Source: Somniosus microcephalus
Lineage: Eukaryota
DNA: 64,000 nt
NCBI GenBank assembly: GCA_052327205.1
Contig: CM126212.1
Coordinates: 238,080,001-238,144,000, forward strand
Direction of reading: 5' to 3'
Shown here: positions 1 through 12,419 of the stretch, piece after piece
Layout: every line of letters begins with the position of its first letter
Numbering within the stretch: the first letter of the stretch is position 1
Notes under the pieces: generated by a model
Databases searched by the model: none
Told to the model about the DNA's origin: nothing
What the model saw: only the letters and a program-made list of their open reading frames with translations
Translations under genes and position numbers: made by a program

Positions 1-1765
1 TGGCGTGTGTTTCAGTGGGGGAGGAAGTGCTGGGTCTACTGGGGAATGAAGTGGGACACGTGGCGTGTGTTTCAGTGGGGGAGGAAGTGCTGGGTCTACT
101 GGGGAATGAAGTGGGACACGTGGAGTGTGTTTCAGTGGGGGAGGAAGTGCTGGATCTACTGGGGAATGAAGTGGGACACGTGGCGTGTGTTTCAGTGGGG
201 GAGGAAGTGCTGGGTCTACTGGGGAATGAAGTGGGACACGTGGAGTGTGTTTCAGTGGGGGAGGAAGTGCTGGATGTAATAGGGAATGAAGTGGGACACG
301 TGGCGTGTGTTTCAGTGGGGGAGGAAGTGCTGGATCTACTGGGGAATGAAGTGGGACACGTGGCGTGTGTTTCAGTGGGGGAGGAAGTGCTGGGTCTACT
401 GGGGAATGAAGTGGGACACGTGGAGTGTGTTTCAGTGGGGGAGGAAGTGCTGGATCTACTGGGGAATGAAGTGGGACACGTGGCGTGTGTTTCAGTGGGG
501 GAGGAAGTGCTGGGTCTACTGGGGAATGAAGTGGGACACGTGGCGTGTGTTTCAGTGGGGGAGGAAGTGCTGGATCTACTGGGGAATGAAGTGGGACACG
601 TGGCGTGTGTTTCAGTGGGGGAGGAAGTGCTGGGTCTACTGGGGAATGAAGTGGGACACGTGGAGTGTGTTTCAGTGGGGGAGGAAGTGCTGGATGTAAT
701 AGGGAATGAAGTGGGACACGTGGTGTGTGTTTCAGTGGGGGAGGAAGTGCTGGATGTAATAGGGAATGAAGTGGGACACGTGGCGTGTGTTTCAGTGGGG
801 GAGGAAGTGCTGGGTCTACTGGGGAATGAAGTGGGACACGTGGCGTGTGTTTCAGTGGGGGAGGAAGTGCTGGATCTACTGGGGAATGAAGTGGGACACG
901 TGGCGTGTGTTTCAGTGGGGGAGGAAGTGCTGGGTCTACTGGGGAATGAAGTGGGACACGTGGAGTGTGTTTCAGTGGGGGAGGAAGTGCTGGATGTAAT
1001 GGGGAATGAAGTGGGACACGTGGCGTGTGTTTCAGTGGGGGAGGAAGTGCTGGGTCTACTGGGGAATGAAGTGGGACACGTGGCGTGTGTTTCAGTGGGG
1101 GAGGAAGTGCTGGATCTACTGGGGAATGAAGTGGGACACGTGGCGTGTGTTTCAGTGGGGGAGGAAGTGCTGGGTCTACTGGGGAATGAAGTGGGACACG
1201 TGGAGTGTGTTTCAGTGGGGGAGGAAGTGCTGGATCTACTGGGGAATGAAGTGGGACACGTGGCGTGTGTTTCAGTGGGGGAGGAAGTGCTGGGTCTACT
1301 GGGGAATGAAGTGGGACACGTGGCGTGTGTTTCAGTGGGGGAGGAAGTGCTGGATGTAATGGGGAATGAAGTGGGACACGTGGCGTGTGTTTCAGTGGGG
1401 GAGGAAGTGCTGGATCTACTGGGGAATGAAGTGGGACACGTGGCGTGTGTTTCAGTGGGGGAGGAAGTGCTGGATCTACTGGGGAATGAAGTGGGACACG
1501 TGGCGTGTGTTTCAGTGGGGGAGGAAGTGCTGGATCTACTGGGGAATGAAGTGGGACACGTGGCGTGTGTTTCAGTGGGGGAGGAAGTGCTGGGTCTACT
1601 GGGGAATGAAGTGGGACACGTGGAGTGTGTTTCAGTGGGGGAGGAAGTGCTGGATCTACTGGGGAATGAAGTGGGACATGTGGCGTGTGTTTCAGTGAGG
1701 GAGGAAGTGCTGGGTCTACTGGGGAATGAAGTGGGACACGTGGAGTGTGTTTCAGTGGGGGAGGA
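1..1765 (+). repeat. 60-bp minisatellite (~29 units, open at window start) derived from CR1 ORF2 endonuclease region
   Basis: Exact 60-bp period; unit translates EEVLDLLGNEVGHVECVSVG and the last unit runs into EDLGNGDYNIIGFRAVMERDKEQS, resembling the C-terminal part of the CR1 APE domain. Confidence 0.9.
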
Positions 1766-1832
1766 TTTGGGAAACGGCGATTACAATATCATTGGGTTTA
1801 GAGCAGTTATGGAAAGGGACAAGGAACAATCA
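1766..1832 (+). mobile_element. CR1 LINE ORF2 fragment (host element, left part; resumes at ~12420)
   Basis: DLGNGDYNIIGFRAVMERDKEQS joins VKILNWRRANFSGL at 12422. Confidence 0.75.
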
Positions 1833-4770
1833 ACAACAACTTGTATTTATATGGTGCCTTTAACATAGTAAAATGTCCCAAGGCGCTGCACAGGAGGATT
1901 ATAAGACAAAAAATTTGACACCGAGCCACATAAAGAGAAATTAGGGCAGGTGACCAAAAGCTTGGTCAAAGAGGGAGGTTTTAAGGAGCGTCTTAAAGGA
2001 GGAGAGAGAGGTAGCGAGGCAGAGAGGTTTAGGCAGGGAATTCCAGAGCTTGGGGCCCAGGCAACAGAAGGCACGGCCACCAATGATGGAGCGATTATAA
2101 TCAGGGATGCTCAAGAGGGCAGAATTAGAGGAGCGCCGAGATCTCGGAGAGTTCACAGAATCATAGAAAGTTACAGCACGGAAGGAGGCCATTTCGGCCC
2201 ATCGTGTCCGCTCCGGTTCTGGGGCTGAAGGAGATACAGAGATAGGGAGGGGCGAGGCCATGGAGGGATTTGAAAACAAGGATGAGAATTTTGAAATCGA
2301 GGCGTTGCTTAACCGGGTGCCAATGTAGGTCAGCGAGCACAGGGGTGATGGGCGAACGGGACTTGGCGCAAGTTAGGACACGGGCAGCCGAGTTTTGGAT
2401 GACCTCAAGTTTACGTAGGGTAGAATGTGGGAGGCCAGCCAGGAGTGTGTTGGAATAGTCAAGTCTAGAGGTAACAAAGGCATGGATGAGGGTTTCAGCA
2501 GCGGATGAGCTGAGGCGGGGCGGAGATGGGCGATGTTACGGAGGTGGAAGTAGGCGATCTTAGTTATACTGCGGATATGTGGTTGGAAGCTCATTTCAGG
2601 GCCTAATATGACACCAAGGTTGCGAACAGTGTGGTTCAGCCTCAGACAGATGTTAGGGAGAGGGATGGAGTCAGTGGCTCGGGAACGGAGTTTGTGGCGG
2701 GGACCGAAAACAATGGCTTCGGTCTTCCCAATATTTAATTGGAGAAAATTTCTGCTCATCCAGAACTGGATGTCAGACAAGCAGTCTGACAATTTAGACA
2801 CCGTGGAGCGGTCGAGAGAAGTGGTAGTGAGGTAGAGCTGGGTGTCGTCAGCGTACATGTGGAAACTGACGCTGTGTTTTCGGATGATGTCGCCAAGGGG
2901 CAACATGTAGATGAGAAATAGGAGGGGCCAAGGATAGATCCTTGGGGGACACCAGAGGTAACAATGTGGGAGCGGGAAGAGAAGCCGTTGCAGGTGATTC
3001 TGTGGCTACGATTAGATAAATAAAAATGGAACCAGGCGAGTGCAGTCCCACCCAGCTGGATGACAGTGGAGAGGTGTTGGAGAAGGATGGAGTGGTCAAC
3101 CATGTCAAAGGCTGCAAACAAGTCAAGAAGGATGAGGAGGGATAGTTTACCTATGTCACAGTCACAAAGGATGCTATTTGTGACTTTGATGAGAGCCGTT
3201 TTGGTACTGTGGCAAGGGCGGAAACCTGATGGGAGGGATTCAAACATGGAATTGCGGGAAAGATGGGTACGGATTTGGGAGGCAACAACACGTTCAAGGA
3301 CTTTGGAGAGGAAAGGGAGGTTGGAGATGGGGCGGTAGTTTGCAAGGACGGAGGGGTCAAGGGTTGTTTTTTTAAGGAGAGGGGTGATGATGGCATATTT
3401 GAGGGAGAGGGGGACAGTACCTGAGGAGAGAGAACCGTTAACAATGTCAGCTAACATGGGAGCCAGAAAAGGAAGTTGGGTGGTCAGCAGTTTGGTGGGA
3501 ATAGGATCGAGGGAGCAGGAGGTGGGTCTCATGGACAAGATGAGCGCGGAGAGGTCATGAGGGGAGATTGGAGAGAAACTGGAGAAAGATGTGAGTTCAG
3601 GGCTAGGGCAGGGGGGAACCTTAGAGGAAGTTTGGCCCAGTGGGCTAGGGGAAGGATGGGAAGTGGCAGAGGGAGCTGAATGGATGGTCTCAATCTTAGA
3701 GACAGAGAAGTCCATGAGCTCCTCATACTTGTTGACGGAGGTGAGGGTGGAGGAGACAGGGGAGAGGAGTTTAAGAAGACGGTTAGCAGTGGAGAATAGA
3801 AGCCGGGGTTTATCTTTGCATTCCAGAGTGATTCTGGAATAGTGAGCAATATTGGCAGACGAGAGCAGGACCCGATAATGCTTTATGGTCCAGCCAGATC
3901 TGGCGGTGAATGGCTAAACCAGTTGTCCGCCATATCCCTTAAGGGAGTGAGGATGAGAGCCGTACCAATGGGAACAGCCAGGGTGAGAGTCGGTAATTGT
4001 TTTAGTAGGGACTAGGGCATCAAAGGTGAGGGTGTGGCTGAGCAGATCAGTAGCTGCAGAAATGTCATAGTGAATGGAGGGCCAGAGGCTGGACAGTTGG
4101 GATTTCATAAGTGCAGTTGTAAGAGAGTTGGGAGAGAGTGTTTTCCAGGGGTGGACACAGAAGGAAGTAGAGTTGGTGGGGGGAAGGGGGATGTGGGTGG
4201 AGAGCGATACGAGGAAGTGGTCAGAGATGGCCTTATCTGTGATTGACACGATGGGAGTAGCGAGGCCGAGAGAAACGACAAGGTTGAGGGGGTGGCTGTG
4301 AATATGGGTTGGGGAGTTTACATGGAGGGAGAGATTAAGGGAGGGTAGGAGGCTAGTGAACTCAGAGGAGAGAGAGCATGATGGATTGAGATGGAGGTTG
4401 AAATCACCGAGGATGAGAAGTCGTTCGGTGCAGAGACTGAGGGAGGAGAGCAGTGAAGATATCTCAGTAATAAAATGTTATGGTACTTGGGTGGGCGGTA
4501 GAGAACAAGAATTTTAAATGAGAGGTGAGGGGGGTGGAATAAGGTGAGATGCTCAAAGGAGGAGAAAGTGCCAGAGGAGTAGGGGGACAGACCCAGGTGT
4601 GATTTGGTGATGGGAGCCACACCACCGCCACGGCGGTCTGAGCGGGGCAAGTGCTGGAAGGTATAGCCGGGTGGGGAGGCTTCATTTAAGGGTAAGGTGT
4701 CATCACCCCTCAAGCAAGTTTCCGTCAGGGCCATGATATCGTGGCAATCATCCACAATAAGTTCATGGAT
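1833..4770 (-). mobile_element. L2-clade LINE, 3' portion (degenerate EN+RT, 3' tail); small CR1-tail insert at ~2153-2215
   Basis: Frameshifted ORFs with NYRPISNLPFLSKVLE, LLDLFAAFDMVDH, GVPQGSILGP, HMYADDTQLY; EN motifs MALTET and SDHFLV; (TTG)n-type tail at ~1833. Confidence 0.85.
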
Positions 4771-6083
4771 GTGAGTGCAAAAGTCAAGGCTGAAGCATTT
4801 GCAACTATCTTCAGCCAGAAGTGCCGAGTGGATGATCCATCTCGGCCTCCTCCTGAGGTCCCCAGCATCACAGATGCCAGTCTTCAGCCCATTCAATTCA
4901 CTCCTCGTGATGTCAAGAAACGGCTGAAGACACTGGATACTGCAAAGGCTATGGGCCCTGACAACATTCCGGCAATAGCACTGAAGACTTGTGCTCCAGA
5001 ACTAGCTGCACCCCTAGCCAAGCTGTTCCAGTACAGCTACAACACTGGCATCTACCCGGCAATGTGAAAAATTGCCCAAGTATGTCCTGTCTACAAAAAG
5101 CAGGACAAATCCGACCCAGCCAATTACCGTCCCATCAGTCTACTCTCAATCATCAGCAAAGTGATGGAAGGTGTCGTCGACAGTGCTATCAAGCGGCACT
5201 TACTCAGCAATAACCTGCTAACTGACGCCCAGTTTGTGTTCCGCCAGGGCCACTCAGCTCCTGACTTCATTACAGCCTTGGTCCAAACATGGACAAAAGA
5301 GCTGAACTCAAGAGGTGAGGTGAGAGTGACTGCTCTTGACATCAAGGCAGCATTTGATCGAGTGTGGCATCAAGGAGCCCTAGCAAAACTGAAGTCAATG
5401 GGAATCAAGGGGAAAACTCTCCATTGGTTGGAATCATACCTAGCACAAAGGAAGTTGGCTGTGGTTGTTGGAGGTCATTCATCTCAATCACATGACATCA
5501 CTGCAGGAGTTCCTCAGGGCAGTGTCCTAGGCCCAACCATCTTCAGTTGTTTCATCAATGGCCTTCCCTCCATCATAAGGTCAGAAGTGGGGATGTTCGC
5601 TGATGATTGCACACTGTTCAGCACCATTCGAGACTCGTCAGATACTGACGCAGTCCGTGTCCATATGCAGTAAGACCTGGATAACATTCAGACTTGGGCT
5701 GACAAGTGGCAAGTAACATTCGCACCACACAAGTGCCAGGCAATGACCATCTCCAACAAGCGAGACTCTAACCATCTCCCTTTGACATTCAATGGCATTA
5801 CCATCGCTGAACCCCCACTATCAACATCCTGGGGGTTACCATTGATCAGAAACTGAACTGGACCAGCCATATAAATACTGTGGCTACAAGAGCAGGCCAG
5901 AGGCTGGGAATTCTGTGGCGAGTGTCTCACCTCCTGACTCCCCAAAGCCTTTCCACCATCTACAAGGCACAAGTCAGGAGTGTGATGGAATACTCTCCAC
6001 TTGCCTGGATGAGTGCAGCTCCAACAACACTCAAGAAGCTCGACAACATTCAGGATAAAGCAGCCCGCTTGATTGGCACTCCA
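4771..6083 (+). mobile_element. 5'-truncated CR1-group LINE (second family), left part, inserted in L2 EN domain
   Basis: RT motifs [36 protein letters not shown]; interrupted by the Gypsy element after 6083. Confidence 0.85.
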
Positions 6084-6259
6084 TGTTGTATCCGCGTGTT
6101 AATGGAGACACGGAATGCAGGAGTTGGTTTCACAGGTGTTTACTGAACAAAGTCTGGAGGTGAACTAACAGATACAAGACACTATACAGGCTTATATAGC
6201 CCGAGTGGCCATTACCGGCATTACAGTACACAGGGGCTCTTAAAGGTACATACACTACA
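6084..6259 (-). repeat. 3' LTR of the Gypsy element (176 bp)
   Basis: Matches the 5' LTR with 3 transitions by manual alignment; adjacent polypurine tract AAAAGGGGAGGAA on minus strand (~6261-6273). Confidence 0.92.
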
Positions 6260-6399
6260 ATTCCTCCCCTTTTAGATAATTAGTACATAACATTTTAAGT
6301 AATCATTAATGAACATGTTACAAGAACAATAATCTACACATTTGCTGCAGTTAATCAATTATAAGTCAGTCTTTCTGGAGGCTTCCTGACTCGGTCCGG

Positions 6400-9300
6400 C
6401 TAACGCCTCGGTGGTGTAGTAGTTTTTGGTGGTGTAGTAGGTTCTTTTGGCAAGGTCGATTTGGCTTGAATGCCAGTGTCGGGTTCATCTGGTTCCAGTA
6501 TCATGGGTATCTCTGCTTCATCATTAGGCGTATACAGTTGTGGTGTAGGTTGTCCCTTTTCGGATGACTCTATGATCTGGTCAGCATGGTGCCTTATTAT
6601 GCTTTCTCCAATGTCCACGGTATACATCAGCGGTCCTAGTCGTGTGCAAATAGTTCCAGGCTGCCATTTCTCGGTATGGTAGTCCCGGGCCAAAACTTGT
6701 TGACCTATCTGGAAGGTTCTAGTTGGCCTTTCATTCATGCCTTGAAATTGCCGGTTCTCCACGTCCCTTCTGATGTTTGGCTTGATCAAATCCAGCCGGC
6801 ATCTTAGGCTTCTATTGAAGAACATCATGGCAGGAGTTTGGTTTGTAACCACGTGTTCCATTCCTGTATGCAAACAAGAAGTTATCTACCTTATGCTGTA
6901 GATTTATGTCTTCATTACCCATGGCCTTTATGGCCTTCTTGAAGGTCTGGACAAACCTTTCAGCCAATCCATTGGTGGCGGGATGGTATGGGGCAGACGT
7001 GTAGTGCTTAACCCCATTGTTTTTTAAGAACTTCCTGAATTCTTCGGACACAAATTGCGGTCCATTATCAGAACAGATCTGTTCAGGCAGCCCATTCCTG
7101 GCAAATATGGTCCTTAATACTGTGATGGTTTTGTCCGTGGTGGTGGAGGACATCTTTATTACCTCCGGCCACTTGGAGTGTGCATCAACCGCGATTAAGA
7201 ACATTGAGTCCATAAATGGACCAGCAAAGTCGATGTGTACCCTTTGCCATGGAGATGAGGGCCACTCCCATGGATGTAGAGGGGCTTGTGGTGGGGCGTT
7301 TTGGACCTTCTGGCATCCTAGGCAGCTCTTGGTCATTTCTTCGATGTCTCCATCGATACCTGGCCACCACACAAACGCTCTGGCTAGGTTCTTCATTTTC
7401 ACTCCACCCAGATGCCCCTCGTGAAGCTCCTTTAGCACTTTATCCTGGAGTTTGGGTGGAATCACCACTCTGGATCCACACATCAAGGTTCCTCGGCACA
7501 CTGACAGCTGTTCTCTTCTTTGCGAGAATGCTGGCAACAGTGGTTCGCCATGTGCTGGCCATCCCTTCACCGTTAAATCGTAGACTCGTGAGAGAGTCGG
7601 GTCATTTCTCGTTTCCTTTTCAATGGCAGAATTTGTTACTGGTAGACATTCCACTATGGTAGAGTGGAACATCTCCATTGGGTCTACTGTAGGTGCCTCT
7701 TCTACCGTTGGCAACGGTAGGCGCGATAAACCGTCAGCATTCCCATGCTGTTTTGATCCTTTGTATTCTATGTCATATTGGTGTGCCCCTAGGAAAAGGG
7801 ACCACGTCTGTAGCCTTTGCGCTGTCATAATGGGAACACCCTTTTTAGGGTTGAATATGGAGACGAGGGGTTGATGGTCAGTCAACAAGGTAAATTTTTG
7901 TCCGTGTAGGTAATGGTTGAATTTCTTCACTCCCCATACCAGGCTGAGTGCTTCCCTGTCAATCTGGGCATAGTTACGCTCAGCTGAGTTCAATGAGCGT
8001 GACGCAAAAGCTATCGGCCGCTCTGAGCCATCAGGGAATCTATGCGATAATACCGTTCCTACGCTGTAAGGGGATGCATCGCACGCCAGTCTGATTGGCA
8101 GTGATGGGTTGTAATGAGCCAAAACTTCCTTGGACGCGATCAAGCCTTTGCATTTATGGAAGGCACGTTTACAGTCTTCGCTCCATTTCCAAATTACTCC
8201 CGTTTGTAGCTGTTCGTTAAGAGGGTGCAGAACAGTTGACAAGTTCGGTAAAAATTTATGATAGTAGTTTATCAATCCCAGGAACGACCTTAATTGTGAG
8301 ACATTTTCAGGTGCTGGGGCTTTTATGACCGCTTCAATTTTTTCAGGTGACTTATGCAACCCTTCCTCGTTAATTATGTGGCCACAATATGATATTTGTT
8401 TCTGGAAAAATTCACACTTGGGGCGATTTGCTCGTAGGCCCCGTTCTCTCAGCCTAGTGAGCACCTGCTCCAAATTGGCAAGGTGCTCGTTATCGTTTTC
8501 TCCTGTTACAAGGCTGTCGTCTAGGTAGCATTGAGTCCCCGGAATCCCTTGGAGGACTTGCTCCATAGCTCTTTGCCAGATAGCTGGAGCTGATGCTACT
8601 CCGAAAACCAGTCGATTGTACTGGTACAGGCCTTTGTGTGTGTTTATCGTGAGATACTTTTTAGAGGCCTCTTCAACCTCCATCTGTAGATATGCCTGTG
8701 CCAAGTCAATTTTGGTGAAACGTTTCCCTCCGGATAGTGAGGTGAAAATATCTTCTATCCTCGGAAGAGGATACTGTACCGTGTGAAGGACCGGGTTTAC
8801 AGTCACCTTGAAGTCCCCACAGATGCGAATTTTTCTCTGTTCTTCAGATTTATCATTATTCAACGTTTTCTTCATGACCGGGACGATGGGTGTTGCCCAC
8901 TCGCTTCAATCTATCTTGGATAATACGCCTGCCTTTTCCAAATTCTCCAGCTCTGCCTCGACTGCTGGACGAATTGCGTATGGCACCGGCCTTGCCTTAA
9001 AAAACTTGGGAATTGCCGCATCTTCCAATTTTATTGAGGCTGTGACGCCTTTCAAGGTTCCTAGTTCCTGTTGAAACACTTCTTTGGCGTTGGCCAAGAT
9101 GTCTTTTAATCGTTCAGGTATGACGTCATCATCATTTTTTTTCTTACTGGTCACCGTCAGTGCCTGAATGGAGTGCCAGTCTAAACGTATCTTCCTGATC
9201 CATTCACGTCCCAACAGCGGTGGACCACCATCTTGCAGAACGTATAAATACAACTTCTGTATTTCCTTGCCGTTGTATACAACAAGCACCCTTATTTTCC

Positions 9301-10321
9301 CTTTGGGGTATACTTTCTGCCCCGTATATGTTTTCAAGATAATGGATGTGTCTTTCAAAGGTATATGTGGAAATAGCCGCTCGTAATCCCGTCGACTTAT
9401 GATGGTCAGAGCTGATCCTGTATCTAGCTCCATTTTAATTGGGGACCCCGCTATCGTGAGGGTAACCCAAATGGTCTGGTAATCTTCTTTGGCAATTACA
9501 TTATGTAATTTGAGACAGCTTAGTCTCTTGTTTCCGGAGTCGCTATCGCTCTTCTGGTCTTCGGAGCTACTGTCTGTCATCATTTGTACCTTTATGTACT
9601 TTTCCTTATTGATTTTTTTCCTGTCTGTGGATTTTTTGTTTCCAGATCGGCATACACGTGCAATGTGTCCAATCTTTCCGCATTGCCTGCATGCTTTGTC
9701 CTTGAACCAGCAGTCCCTCTGGTCATGGGTGGATCTGCCGCAGCGATAACATCTCTCGAAACCCTGTGTCATTTCATGGGGGCCGAAGTCCTGTGGCTTT
9801 TGCTGTATCTCTGCAGCTCCTCTTGCGGCTGCTTCGTATGATACAGCCACACTGAAAGCCTTGTCCAGTGTCAAATCTTTCTCAGAAAGTAGCCTTTTCT
9901 GTGTTCCTTCACTTCGGAGACCGCAGACAAATTTGTCTCGAAGAGAATCTGCCAGTCCTGCCCCGAATTGGCAGTGCTTTGACAGCTTCCTTAATTCGGT
10001 GAGGAAATCAGCGTTACTTTCATTCTTGTGCTGATTCCTCCTGAAGAATTTGAATCGTTCCGCTATCAGCAGTGGTGTTGGGTTTAAGTGGTCCTGTAGG
10101 GTATCAACAATCTCGTTAAAATTCTTGTCCCTCGGTTTGGCTGGAGTGATTAAGTTTCGTAACAGCCCGTATGTCCTTGCGCCCATTAGATTTAGAAGTA
10201 CTGATGCCTTTTTATCATCCTCTATTTCATTTGCTGTGCAATATACCTCCACTCTTTCCACATATGTGGTCCAATCCTCTATATCGCTATCGAAAGCAGT
10301 AATATTGCCAGTCTTAGGCAT
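6400..10321 (-). pseudogene. Gypsy gag-pol polyprotein, disabled by one in-frame stop (8906-8908) and one frameshift (~6860)
   Basis: Likely ATG at 10321 (MPKTGNITAFD); two CCHC knuckles (CYRCGRSTHDQRDC, CRQCGKIGHIARVC), protease LDTGS, RT YLDD, RNase H CDAS, integrase HHCC plus HIDF/SDNG/LAER; KID*SEWATPIVPV stays in frame. Confidence 0.92.
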
Positions 10322-10785
10322 CCTGAAAAAAAAATGGCGCCTCCCGCGCTTTCCTTTCTTCCCCGCAGAAAAAAAATGGCGCCTCCCGTGCTTTCCCGCC
10401 GCTGCTGACAACGCTGTTCTCCGCGGTTTTTATTTACACGGGTATTTTTTTAATAGGTGGAGACTCGTTCCCGCCGGACTCTCTGGGACTTTACCCTCCC
10501 TCTGCTTGGTCCGAACGCCGACCTGCTTTGCAGCACTGGCCGTCTCCCGAGTGCTCCACCCTCTGTCTCTGTTTGCCTCTGTCTTCGCTGCTCGGCCCCG
10601 CTGCAGAGCCAGCCGATGGAGCCCCAGCCCGCCACCCAGGAAGGATTATTGCAGTACCTGCCACCAGCTCGGCTAGCTGGTGAAACCACAGTTTTTTGGT
10701 TTTTTTCTTTCTTGTTTTTCTTCGACTTTCGTCTGAGGAATCGATCTCCTTGAGGTGCTGCCGAATTGCAGGTAAGTCCGTTTCC

Positions 10786-10797
10786 AATTCGTCGCCA
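10786..10797 (-). promoter_or_regulatory. Primer-binding site of the Gypsy element (TGGCGACGAATT)
   Basis: TGG-initiated motif 1 nt inside the 5' LTR end. Confidence 0.75.
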
Positions 10798-10798
10798 C

Positions 10799-11329
10799 TG
10801 TTGTATCCGTGTGTTAATGGAGACACGGAATCACAGAATCACAGAAACCCCACAGTGCAGATAGAGGCCATTTCAGCCCATCGAGCCTGCACCGACACAT
10901 ATCCCACCCGATCCCTATAACCCCTACACCAACACATATCCCACCCTATCCTGTAACCCCACGTATTTAATCCCCCTAACACTAAGGGTCAATTTATCAT
11001 AGCCAATCAACCTAACCTGCACATCTTTGGACTGTGGGAGGAAACCGGAGCACCCGGAGGAAACCCACGCAAACACGGGGAGAATGTGCAAACTCCACAC
11101 AGACAGTCGCCCGAGGCCGGATTCGAACCCGGGTCCCTGGCGCTGTGAGGCAACAGTGCTAACCACTATGCCACCGTGCTGCCCATGCAGGAGTTGGTTT
11201 CACAGGTGTTTACTGAACAAAGTCTGGAGGTGAACTAACAGATACAAGACACTATACAGGCTTATATAGCCCGAGTGGCCATTACCGGCATTACAGTACA
11301 CAGGGGCTCTTAAAGGCACATACACCACA
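10799..11329 (-). repeat. 5' LTR of the Gypsy element, split by a SINE
   Basis: 10799-10830 plus 11185-11329 reconstruct the 3' LTR sequence. Confidence 0.92.
10829..11184 (-). mobile_element. HE1-type tRNA-derived V-SINE, full length
   Basis: Minus strand: A/B-box head (GGTGGCATAGTGGTTAGC..GGTTCGAATCC), V domain (GTGTGGAGTTTGCACATTCTCCCCGTG..CCCACAGTCCAAAGA), CR1-like tail with short terminal repeats. Confidence 0.88.
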
Positions 11330-11334
11330 CTCCA

Positions 11335-11750
11335 TCCACCACCTTCAACATTCACTCCCTCCACCACCAGCGCACCGTGGCTGCAGTGTGTACCATCTAC
11401 AAGATGCACTGCAGCAATTCGCCAAAGCTCCTTCAACAGCACCTTCCAAACCCACGACCTCTACCACTTAGAAGGACAAGGGCAGCAGACGCATGGGAAC
11501 ATCACCACCTACAAGTTCCCCTCCAAGCCACACACCATCCTGACTTGGACCTGTATCGCCGTTCCTTCACTGTCGCTGGGCCAAAATCCTGGAACTCCCT
11601 TCCTAACAGCATTGTGGGTGTACCTACACCATATGGACTGCAGCGGTTCAAGAAGGCGGCTCACCACCACCTTCTCAAGGGCAATTAGGGATGGGCACTA
11701 AATGCAGGCCTAGCCAGCGACGCCCACATCCCATCAATGAATTAAAAAAA
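11335..11750 (+). mobile_element. CR1-group LINE (second family), right part with 3' tail
   Basis: Continues the sequence of 4771-6083 (compare uninterrupted copy near 17090); tail GGGCAATTAGGGATGGGC..CACATCCCA then A-run. Confidence 0.88.
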
Positions 11751-12419
11751 AGGGCCTTGTTCACAAGTGAACAGACATTCTGGAGGGAGATGCGGAGAGG
11801 GTCGGTGATGGCTGACCCACTGCCAGCATCCACAGGGTCAGTGCTGGGGGGGGGGGTGAGTTGGACGCGGAGGAGATTGGCAAGATTTGCCCCCAGTGTG
11901 TGCACTGAGCAGGAAGGTCAGCGAGAGAGTAGGATGGGACAGTTGGGGTTGCTACTTGTGAGGAGGCAGTGATGAGTGCCTCGATGGGCCCTTCGTAGGA
12001 TGCCAAGAGAGGCACAGAGGGAAGCTGTAGGCTTATCCAAGAGGGAGTCAAGGCTGGAACGGCGGCAGGAGAGTAGGAAGATGGAAGAGTAATGAAGGAT
12101 TGGGGTAGGGATTTGGGAGGGCAGAGTATCTGAGAGGAGAGATGAAAGGCGGCATGATGACAAGAAAGAGCGATCAGGGAGGGATAGAGAGAAAAGGAAA
12201 AGGGGAGAAAAAGTGGAAAAGTATTGAATGGCTCGGGTCTGGAGTGGTGGCCAAAGTGCGCAGGCGAATGGACACGGGGAAAAGCTCAGGTTACATAGGC
12301 CTGGTTAAATGTAGTAATTAATGGGATAGATATTTCCTGGTAGCAGGGAATATGTTGGAAACAATAGTAAGGAGACCAGGGTCAAAGTCAGAGGTCCCAT
12401 GGGAGGACAAAGCCAACGT
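11751..12419 (-). mobile_element. L2 LINE, 5' portion (start of EN domain and upstream sequence)
   Basis: PLRISLQNVCSLVNKAL joins IHELIVDDCHDIMALTET at ~4770. Confidence 0.75.

Larger units (their letters stand above)
6084..11329 (-). mobile_element. Full-length Ty3/Gypsy LTR retrotransposon (Mag-like), 5-bp TSD CTCCA
   Basis: Two TG..CA LTRs (6084-6259; 10799-11329 with SINE insert), CTCCA at 6079-6083 and 11330-11334, PBS, PPT, gag-PR-RT-RH-IN order. Confidence 0.95.

Noticed and set aside
15-1868. 617-aa repeat ORF as a novel repeat protein gene
   Set aside because: No ATG start in the window, the unit derives from CR1 ORF2, and it ends in an L2 tail; openness follows from the 60-bp period.
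4318-4896. 192-aa ORF as an intact endonuclease gene
   Set aside because: Chimeric reading across the junction of the L2 EN domain and the antisense of the inserted LINE at 4770/4771.
11110-11184. tRNA genes here and at ~19490 and ~55311
   Set aside because: A/B-box heads continue into SINE bodies and LINE-derived tails; no complete cloverleaf with terminator.
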